Shown piece by piece: positions 7,181 through 13,508 of a DNA stretch of 14,640 bases; position 1 is the first letter of the stretch, and every line of letters starts with the position of its first letter. The DNA comes from a virus (taxonomy: Duplodnaviria; Heunggongvirae; Uroviricota; Caudoviricetes), in IMG/VR virus record IMGVR_UViG_3300031565_000009. One strand, written 5' to 3'. Below the pieces are notes generated by a model. The model did no database searches and was not told the origin of the DNA. It saw nothing but the letters and a program-made list of their open reading frames with translations. The position numbers and the translations under genes were made by a program.

Positions 7181-7461
7181 GTGATCTCCGATGCTAAGTC
7201 GAGTGCTAAGTCGAGTGCTAAGTTGAGGGATTCAAAATGGTCAACGGACGGCGGAAAGTGTTGCTGAATTACCGGCTGGGACAGTTCCGCCAACAAGCTG
7301 TCCAGGCAGGCTTTGTAGTTTGCCACGCTGGAAAGTCGCACCCCTAGCTCGTGGCTGGGTGGTGTGCCATCCTCAATGAGAGCGCGGAACTCCTCGTCGA
7401 ATTTGGGGTGGATGTCGAAGGTTCGTAGCTTTCGTTTCAGGTCTGAGATGTGAGCGAGCAT
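7177..7461 (-). CDS. Hypothetical protein (MLAHISDLKRKL...)
   Basis: ATG at 7461 with AAGGGG upstream; the longer start at 7491 falls in the hairpin-containing leader. Confidence 0.7.
   Translation of the reverse strand: MLAHISDLKRKLRTFDIHPKFDEEFRALIEDGTPPSHELGVRLSSVANYKACLDSLLAELSQPVIQQHFPPSVDHFESLNLALDLALDLASEIT
7193..7227. repeat. 12-bp coding microrepeat, about 3 copies (LALD)
   Basis: gctaagtcgagt gctaagtcgagt gctaagttgag at 7193, 7205 and 7217. Confidence 0.85.
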
Positions 7462-7525
7462 GATCGTTTTCCCCTTACACCCAGAGGCCATGCCGCCCGC
7501 GCCAAGCGGCGAGCATGTCGCAGGT

Positions 7526-7546
7526 CTCTATAAGAGTCGGGGTCAA
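7526..7546 (-). promoter_or_regulatory. Conserved intergenic motif, copy B (TTGACCCCGACTCTTATAGAG)
   Basis: 20/21 identical to the copy at 14480-14500; begins 6 bp after the upstream stop codon. Confidence 0.7.
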
Positions 7547-7552
7547 GCCGCG

Positions 7553-7810
7553 TCAAAGTGGCTCACGATTTCTTTCAGAAATGAGGTTGCGAAGGGCGCG
7601 AAACAGCAGGTCCCAGGCAAGCAGACGCTTGCGCGGGAAGCCCTCCACGGTGCCGTTCTTCCACGGACGGCCGGCGGCGTCCCGAAGCAGCACGCGGTAA
7701 TTACCCCGCGCGAGTGTGCCGGTGCCAGCGTTGGCAATCATGCCGGTCGCCAGGGTCTTGGCCCGGGCCGGGTTGCCGAAGGGCCACAGTTCGATCTTCA
7801 CAACGAGCAT
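7553..7810 (-). CDS. Conserved-looking small phage protein (MLVVKIELWP...GNY...FPRKRL..WDLL.RAL)
   Basis: 85 aa; TGATG overlap with the upstream gene. Confidence 0.8.
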   Translation of the reverse strand: MLVVKIELWPFGNPARAKTLATGMIANAGTGTLARGNYRVLLRDAAGRPWKNGTVEGFPRKRLLAWDLLFRALRNLISERNREPL

Positions 7811-8046
7811 CAGTAGCAGTCCGGGAAGGGTTCATGCGGGTTGGACAGGTTGTGCTGTCCCGGCTCACTGTGCCAAACCTCACCATCGCCACAACAGTCA
7901 CAGACGGACACGTCATGGTTATCGTGGCTGGTGATCCAGTCGAGGATCACCTGCGGGTCGCCGGTCTCGTCGAAACGGGCCAGGGTCTCCTCGTCCACTT
8001 GATGAAGGTTGAGGAAGCCGGTGCCGTCGCAGCGGGTGCAGTTCAC
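7810..8046 (-). CDS. Small acidic protein with split CxxCxGxG zinc-finger half-sites
   Basis: GTG start overlapping the MTase stop (GTGA), GGGAG upstream; CTRCDGTG ... CDCCGDG. Confidence 0.75.
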   Translation of the reverse strand: MNCTRCDGTGFLNLHQVDEETLARFDETGDPQVILDWITSHDNHDVSVCDCCGDGEVWHSEPGQHNLSNPHEPFPDCY

Positions 8047-8783
8047 AGTGTCAACTCCCAGCCGTCGCCGTTGAGGATCATGGCGTGCTCTTCGGCAATC
8101 TTCTCGCAGTAGCCGGGGTCGATCTCGATCAGGGTGCAAGGCCGACCGAGGCGTTTACACACTCGGAGTGTCGTGCCTGTGCCACCAAAGGGGTCTAAGA
8201 CCGGCTCGCCAGGCGGGGTGGTCAGCTTGATGCACCGTTCGACTAGCCCTTCGTTCAGTTGCGTGGGGTGCCAGGGCCGGCGCTGTTTTGAGTTGCCGAC
8301 GACACGAGTGAAATCGAATACGTCGCCGGGCACCCGCCCGCGAGGATCGGCCCGCTTGTCCCCGTTCTCTTGCCGCCATGACGGCACGCGAATGGAGTCG
8401 GGCAACAACGGGGCATCCGGCCAGCGGAACCGCCACAGCGGCCGGTGGTTGTTGCCCAGGTCGTGGTGGCAGTGCTGCCCAAAGCTGAACGTCTGGACGC
8501 AGGGCTTGGCTTCAATGCCGCTGTGTTGCACCAGGCTGTCCACAATGCTGCCCAGGGCAAAGGTCCATTTCGCGTTGAACGAGAGCCAGACCGTTTTCGC
8601 CCTAGTGGTGAAAGCGGTCAGCCAAAGCGCCAAAAGGTTGAGGTATTCGCCGTCTGGCATCTTGTCCTTGTAGGCGTCATAGCCCAGGTTGATGTTGTCC
8701 GGCGGGTCCACAAAAATGGTAGTCCAGTCATCTCGGTTTCCGGTAAGGAAATCGAGGCAGTCAGCGTTAATCAGTCGGTGCAT
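8043..8783 (-). CDS. Site-specific DNA methyltransferase, amino-MTase beta class (N6_N4_Mtase), non-canonical motif IV
   Basis: N-terminal INADCLDFL..IFVDPPDN (motif IV position), HPTQLNEGLVERCI (motif X), C-terminal VLDPFGGTGTT (motif I), IEIDPGYC. Confidence 0.9.
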   Translation of the reverse strand: MHRLINADCLDFLTGNRDDWTTIFVDPPDNINLGYDAYKDKMPDGEYLNLLALWLTAFTTRAKTVWLSFNAKWTFALGSIVDSLVQHSGIEAKPCVQTFSFGQHCHHDLGNNHRPLWRFRWPDAPLLPDSIRVPSWRQENGDKRADPRGRVPGDVFDFTRVVGNSKQRRPWHPTQLNEGLVERCIKLTTPPGEPVLDPFGGTGTTLRVCKRLGRPCTLIEIDPGYCEKIAEEHAMILNGDGWELTL

Positions 8784-9009
8784 GGAAGGGACTCTCAGCT
8801 TGTGGAAGCTGCGGTTGCAGCGGAAAGTTGAATGTTAGTTGCCGGAACCAAAGCCGGCGGGTGAATAGCAGCCGAACGCACTCTCGCCATGAAAGCCGCC
8901 AGCAGGAAATGACTTCACCCTTCGGCGTCCGGTGAGCCGGCAGCGGCAGATACTCGGGCTGGTCTTCCGCGAAAACCACGTTCTGTTGCGGAAAGGCGAC
9001 TGGTTTCAT
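8767..9009 (-). CDS. Small hypothetical phage-type protein (MKPVAFPQQNVVFAEDQPEYLPLPAH)
   Basis: 80 aa; ATGA overlap with the upstream stop. Confidence 0.8.
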   Translation of the reverse strand: MKPVAFPQQNVVFAEDQPEYLPLPAHRTPKGEVISCWRLSWRECVRLLFTRRLWFRQLTFNFPLQPQLPQAESPFHAPTD

Positions 9010-9275
9010 GCAGGAATCTCCGCATATTCAATGTTCCAACCTTCGTACTCATAGTCGCGGCGGATTTCGAGGATGGTGCGTATGTAACGGATGTCACCTC
9101 CTCGGGCCGGTATTAGCCAGCAGGCAACATCCGGGTTGTCGTTGGAGTTGTAACAACCTTGCTCGTCGATTTGCTTGAAGAGGGCACGCAGGGCGGCTTC
9201 CATCCGGGGTGTGGTGTCGGCAAGCCAATACTGGTCGCCATGTTTGCCGTGGTAGATCAGGATGGCAGCAGTCAT
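9006..9275 (-). CDS. Hypothetical protein (MTAAILIYHGKHGDQYWLA...)
   Basis: ATG at 9275 overlaps the PQ-loop stop (ATGA); the extension to 9398 in the ORF track overlaps the PQ-loop gene and is rejected. Confidence 0.75.
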   Translation of the reverse strand: MTAAILIYHGKHGDQYWLADTTPRMEAALRALFKQIDEQGCYNSNDNPDVACWLIPARGGDIRYIRTILEIRRDYEYEGWNIEYAEIPA

Positions 9276-9535
9276 TGTGGACTCCGTGGCCAAAGTCGGT
9301 AGCGGACCATGATGAAGACGCAGATCAGATTGAAGGTGTAGTTGACCATCATCCAGCCGACCCAGCCGAACTGAATCAGCACAGCGGCGATGTAGCACAT
9401 CTCACCCGCGCCCCAGAGGGCCAGGAACAAGGGCGAAAGCCCACGAGCGTGTCCCTGGCGGATGCACTGGAATGCTTGGGGTGTGCCGCACAGCGCAAAA
9501 CAGATGGACCCGATCCAGCCGATGATTGATGCCAT
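9272..9535 (-). CDS. PQ-loop / SemiSWEET-like three-helix membrane protein
   Basis: IGWIGSICFALCGTPQAFQCIRQGHARGLS, then two further hydrophobic helices and NY in helix 3. Confidence 0.85.
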   Translation of the reverse strand: MASIIGWIGSICFALCGTPQAFQCIRQGHARGLSPLFLALWGAGEMCYIAAVLIQFGWVGWMMVNYTFNLICVFIMVRYRLWPRSPQ

Positions 9536-9536
9536 C

Positions 9537-9836
9537 TCACATGCCGCCATCATTCTCGACCACGGTTTCCGGGGCAGGGCGGCCGGGCTCTTCTTCGGAT
9601 TCTTCCGCAGGTGTCGTCTTGGCAGCCAAGCGGGCTCGTTTGAGGGCGAGATGAATCTGCGGAATCAGATCACCCTCCTGGACGGGATCATCCACACTGA
9701 GAAAATCCAGCATAAGGGTCCCGCCCGGCAGTTTCATCCGTTCCACGGCCTCGGCCATGTTGTGGAAGAGCGTGGCGATGCGGTGGCCGCTTAACTCGGA
9801 CTCGGTGATTCGGTTGATGATTGCGGTTGGTATCAT
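9537..9836 (-). CDS. Hypothetical protein with acidic tail
   Basis: MIPTAIINRITESELSG... with AAGG upstream; avoids overlap with 9847..10056. Confidence 0.7.
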   Translation of the reverse strand: MIPTAIINRITESELSGHRIATLFHNMAEAVERMKLPGGTLMLDFLSVDDPVQEGDLIPQIHLALKRARLAAKTTPAEESEEEPGRPAPETVVENDGGM

Positions 9837-9846
9837 GGGTGCCTTT

Positions 9847-10056
9847 TTAGTAGCGATACTCGCGGTCTTCGTCGCGGCCTTCACTGTAGACGGCGTGCTT
9901 GCTGAAACAGATCAGCACGGCGACGAAGGGCCAGAAAACGATGGACCAGGGAAGGTTCCACCAGTCGCTCTCGATATTGACCGACATGGCGTCGGCTTTG
10001 ACTGTGAGAGCGGCGGCGATCAGCCAGAGGATGGTGAAGATGTAGATGTAGATCAT
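9847..10056 (-). CDS. Small two-helix membrane protein
   Basis: IYIYIFTILWLIAAALTV and LPWSIVFWPFVAVLICF hydrophobic segments; ATGA overlap. Confidence 0.75.
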   Translation of the reverse strand: MIYIYIFTILWLIAAALTVKADAMSVNIESDWWNLPWSIVFWPFVAVLICFSKHAVYSEGRDEDREYRY

Positions 10057-10220
10057 GCCTCATCCTTCTCCCACTGCTCCTCTGGCGATTCGTGCCAGTA
10101 GTGGGACCACGGATGGTCGAAGCGGTCCACTTGGACCTTAAACACGCCGTCGATCATTCGCCCCAGCGCAGTCTTGCCCACGAGGAAATCATCGTCGCCG
10201 ATGTAGCGGTAGTGGTTCAT
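10053..10220 (-). CDS. Small Trp/His-rich hypothetical protein
   Basis: MNHYRYIGDDDFLVGKTALG... starts 2 bp after the upstream stop. Confidence 0.7.
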   Translation of the reverse strand: MNHYRYIGDDDFLVGKTALGRMIDGVFKVQVDRFDHPWSHYWHESPEEQWEKDEA

Positions 10221-10222
10221 CC

Positions 10223-11227
10223 CTATCTCCGAAACTGCGGTCTCGTGACCTCGTTGAACCATTCGCCCTCCTCGGAGATGTCTGTGGCCAGGCCAAGGCT
10301 CATTTGCTCCAGCACTTCGCAGCGGGCGTCATTGTCTTCGCGGCTCATGTCCGTGAAGACATGCCCGCTGGTGACGGCCTGCCAGCAATGCTGCACGCGG
10401 GTAAACAGTTTCTCCTGGTATTCGGCCTTGACACGGGCGCGGTGGCGGGCATAGCGAAGCTGCGGGGCGTGGCCCTCGCCCATGTACTTGGCGACGGTCT
10501 CCTCGATGCCCAGCACGACCGTCTCGTCGCCGACACGCTCCCCCAATAGCCAGCCGTACAGCGTAAGCTGGTCGGCGTACTCGGCATTGCAGAACTCCAG
10601 GTAGCCGGAGTTGATGGTCATGCCCCTGTAGTCCCTCGCCAGGAACTTGGCGTGTTCCTTGCCGTGGCTGCGGCTGGTCTTCTCAGCCTTGAAGCCATCA
10701 AGGCAGATTTCGTAGCCTTTGGACGGGCTGGCCCCATACTTGGAGCAGTAGCCCTTGACCTTCCAGTCGAAGATGCAATTGAAGGGGCCATACCCCAAGT
10801 CAGGTGTGAAGCCCAGGTCAGGTTTGCCTAGGAAGGGGGCCTCGCCGATCTTGCCCTCCACGGTAAACTCGAAGCGCGGGGGCTTCGTGCTCTTCTGCAA
10901 CAGGTCCAGGAGGTTGTCGTAGGCCCCGCACAGCTTGTACGATTTCCAGACATGCTTGCCGGCTTTGAGGGCGAAGTCGCGGTTTGGCGGTTCGACCTGG
11001 GCCTCGAAGATTGCGCCGAACTCCAGTTGGGCGGGCATATCCCGGCCGAACAGATCGTAGGCCAGCGTGTTTTTTACGTAGGCGTCAAAGGCGCTGCCCA
11101 CGGCCATTGGCGGCTCTTGCGGCAGTCGCGGTGGCCGGTGCTCGGCGAGGTAGCGCAGGTAGAACTCCTCGGGCTGCTTCTCCCAAAAGGACATGGACGA
11201 GTAGCTGAGCGTTTTCGGAAGGCGCAT
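10223..11227 (-). CDS. PD-(D/E)xK (RecB/exonuclease VIII-like) nuclease
   Basis: LSYSSM N-terminal motif, VGSAFD, GKPDL (motif II), IFDWKVKG (motif III), QLTLYGW (QxxxY). Confidence 0.82.
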   Translation of the reverse strand: MRLPKTLSYSSMSFWEKQPEEFYLRYLAEHRPPRLPQEPPMAVGSAFDAYVKNTLAYDLFGRDMPAQLEFGAIFEAQVEPPNRDFALKAGKHVWKSYKLCGAYDNLLDLLQKSTKPPRFEFTVEGKIGEAPFLGKPDLGFTPDLGYGPFNCIFDWKVKGYCSKYGASPSKGYEICLDGFKAEKTSRSHGKEHAKFLARDYRGMTINSGYLEFCNAEYADQLTLYGWLLGERVGDETVVLGIEETVAKYMGEGHAPQLRYARHRARVKAEYQEKLFTRVQHCWQAVTSGHVFTDMSREDNDARCEVLEQMSLGLATDISEEGEWFNEVTRPQFRR

Positions 11228-11235
11228 GGATGCTC

Positions 11236-11454
11236 TCACTGAGGGTTGACAGGTTCAACAAGGGTTGAATGGCCGAGGATGCTGGCGACTACGATATGCG
11301 GGCGAAGATGCCTGGGTGCGGATGCCAGCGCTTTGATCTTGTTCAGGCAGCACCGCTTCGCTTTCTTTCCGCTTCCGCACGGGCAGGGCGAATTACGGCC
11401 GGGGAGCGGGTCCCTGCGGGCGGGCTCCAACTTGGACTTGGAATGTTTGGACAT
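11236..11454 (-). CDS. Small SEC-C motif protein
   Basis: PGRNSPCPCGSGKKAKRCC matches the SecA C-terminal zinc-binding motif; ATG at 11454 with AAGAG upstream. Confidence 0.85.
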   Translation of the reverse strand: MSKHSKSKLEPARRDPLPGRNSPCPCGSGKKAKRCCLNKIKALASAPRHLRPHIVVASILGHSTLVEPVNPQ

Positions 11455-11597
11455 TGATGTTCTCTTTTTGAATGGGCCGGTTACTGCGCGTTTGGCTGGC
11501 GTCGGTTCAATCTCTGCTACTTCACGCGCCCTTGATAATGGTTCCCGCCCGTGGTCGAGCCGCACCGAAACCGGCTCTTCCACCCTCACCGGCCGAC

Positions 11598-11813
11598 TTA
11601 CTTGGTCTTGCCCCAATTGATCTGATGCCAGATTCGTTCGTGGATATAGAACATGCCCAACTTCAGGACGAAGCTGATGATGAAGAAGATGGCGCACAAT
11701 CTTATATTGCCGAACATGGCGTAGGCTAAACCAAACACGGCAAGATTTGAGACGGATTCCCACGACAGGGCCTTGGTGAAGGACCGCTTGTGTGCGCTGC
11801 TGTCACGCTTCAT
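11598..11813 (-). CDS. DUF2061-like small membrane protein
   Basis: RSFTKALSWE...FYIHERIWHQINWG matches the RSxxKAxxW...YxHERxWxxIxWG pattern; two hydrophobic helices. Confidence 0.8.
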   Translation of the reverse strand: MKRDSSAHKRSFTKALSWESVSNLAVFGLAYAMFGNIRLCAIFFIISFVLKLGMFYIHERIWHQINWGKTK

Positions 11814-12864
11814 GATAGTTGTCTCCTAGCAACTCGCGGCCTGCTTTGTTCCGCACGCTCTTGGCTTCATCGAGGGTTTTGTGCTTGCCCAGGCGATGTT
11901 TCACGCCACAGAAGACGATCTCCGGGTAGAACCAGCCATTACGAAGCCAGACGCCTTTCACACTCGTAGTGTTATTGGTTTGCGGACCACGGTTATGAAG
12001 GTTTATGCTTCGCTCGGTGAGACGAAGATTCTCTCGGCTATTGTTGAGGGCATTTCGGTCAAGATGGTCAATTTGCACTAACTCTGGGTCATAAGGCAGA
12101 CCCATCCGCAAAGCAACATCCTGGTGCATGTAACGAGTGATGGAGCGGCCGGCGATCTTGATCTTTCGCTGTGCTCGCCATACCTCACGTCCATTCTTGC
12201 GCTGCTTCGCATTGACTTGGGTGGCGGCTGTCCATTTCCATTGCGTCAAGTAGGCATGATCCTCGGGATTGACCGTAGCCGCCAAGCCATTCGACAGTGT
12301 GATGGTTCGCTTGTCGTAGAGGCTGCCGTAATCCAAAAAACGCCAGCGATTGTGGCAGTCGATGGGCGGCGAATCGTGCGCAACATGTCGAATGTAGGTG
12401 ACCAATTCATCCCAAGTGCTGAAAATATGCTGGTGTGGCAGCGTGCCCCAGTACCAGTCCGGCAAATGGGCTTTCCCTTGCTCGACGTGAACCAGAATAG
12501 GCACTTTGCGGCGATTCAGCAGACCGATCTCCTCGTGGGTGCCCGTGGAGTAGACTTCCATATCGAGGTGGACAATGGTAAAGTCGCAAAGGTCCGCCAG
12601 CCGCAAGTCGATGCAGCGGATTAGGCGCATCTCGCGCGAGATGGTATCGAAATCACCTAGTTTCTTCAGTTCTAGGCGGCGTTGGTGATTCTCCAGGTCT
12701 TCGCAGGCATAGCCAGGTTGCATTGGCTTGTTGCATGGATCGAGAAAGATCAGGTCAAGATCACGAAGACTCTCTTTGATCTCGGTTCGCCAACCCATGC
12801 CGAAGTCTTTTGCATTGTCGATGGGGCCAGAGAGATAGACCCGATTGTAGAAAAGACGATTCAT
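11803..12864 (-). CDS. Nucleoside 2-deoxyribosyltransferase/dNMP N-glycosidase-like domain fused to an HNH endonuclease + AP2-like domain
   Basis: Residues ~1-178: RVYLSGPID...W...DLRLADLCDFTIVHLD..STGTHEEIG. Residues ~186-353: YMHQ..IDHLDRNALNNSRENLR (HNH) and NTTSVKGV...LGKHKTLDEA (AP2-like). ATG at 12864 overlaps the deoC stop (ATGA). Confidence 0.85.
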   Translation of the reverse strand: MNRLFYNRVYLSGPIDNAKDFGMGWRTEIKESLRDLDLIFLDPCNKPMQPGYACEDLENHQRRLELKKLGDFDTISREMRLIRCIDLRLADLCDFTIVHLDMEVYSTGTHEEIGLLNRRKVPILVHVEQGKAHLPDWYWGTLPHQHIFSTWDELVTYIRHVAHDSPPIDCHNRWRFLDYGSLYDKRTITLSNGLAATVNPEDHAYLTQWKWTAATQVNAKQRKNGREVWRAQRKIKIAGRSITRYMHQDVALRMGLPYDPELVQIDHLDRNALNNSRENLRLTERSINLHNRGPQTNNTTSVKGVWLRNGWFYPEIVFCGVKHRLGKHKTLDEAKSVRNKAGRELLGDNYHEA

Positions 12865-13508
12865 GGCAGTAGCTCCGTGAATCGGGAAGAGCCGATGCGT
12901 GTACAGCCCATGTCGAGATAGCGTTTCGCATCGGCGTAAGTCTTGATGCCACCGCTTGCTTTCACTTGGGCCTTGTCTTTGACGGAATCGAGCATGAGTT
13001 GGACGACTCCCGGTGTGGCCCCGCCGTCCGCGTAGCCAGTGGATGTCTTCACCCAGTTGGCCCCACAGGAGACGCATATCTCGCACGCTTGGATGATCTG
13101 CTCTGGCGTGTAGTAGCAGGTCTCCAAAATGACTTTGACCGAGATGCCATAGGAGTGCGCTTCGCTGATGATCGAATACAATTCGCTTTCAATGGTGGAC
13201 CAGTGACCCTCCAGGAAACGGCCGTAGTTCATCACCACGTCCAGTTCACAAGCCCCATAGTCGATGGCCCGCGCGGCTTCCACCCGCTTGACTTCCACGA
13301 GCGAGTTGCCGTGCGGGAAGCCGATTACGGCACACACTCGGCGGGTGTGCTTGCGGGCGATCGCGACGTTGATTGGTGCCACGCAGATGGAAGCGATGTT
13401 GTGGGCCTCAACCAGTTTGGCCGCCTCAATCACGTCGTACCGAGTTGCCGTGGGCTTCAAGACGGCTAGGTCCAGGGCGGCGGCAATTTGTTCTTTCGTG
13501 TAGGTCAT
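12861..13508 (-). CDS. deoC: 2-deoxyribose-5-phosphate aldolase (DERA)
   Basis: LDLAVLKP, SICVAP, VIGFPHG, ELDVVMN, VKVILET, WVKTSTG (Schiff-base Lys), VKASGGIKT, RIGSS; start MTYTKEQ with GGGAG RBS and ATGA overlap. Confidence 0.96.
   Translation of the reverse strand: MTYTKEQIAAALDLAVLKPTATRYDVIEAAKLVEAHNIASICVAPINVAIARKHTRRVCAVIGFPHGNSLVEVKRVEAARAIDYGACELDVVMNYGRFLEGHWSTIESELYSIISEAHSYGISVKVILETCYYTPEQIIQACEICVSCGANWVKTSTGYADGGATPGVVQLMLDSVKDKAQVKASGGIKTYADAKRYLDMGCTRIGSSRFTELLP

Noticed and set aside
7193-7227. 12-bp repeat as a regulatory or phase-variation site
   Set aside because: It is in frame at a C-terminus (LALD repeats), so copy-number changes would not shift the frame; most likely a neutral slippage product.
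10223-11227. Nuclease as Cas4
   Set aside because: The Fe-S cysteine pattern (one N-terminal plus three C-terminal) is absent, and there is no CRISPR context.
12334-12341. U UUU UUG run at the NDT/HNH junction as a programmed frameshift site
   Set aside because: A G in the last position is a poor slippery heptamer, neither shifted frame stops promptly, and no stimulatory structure was seen.
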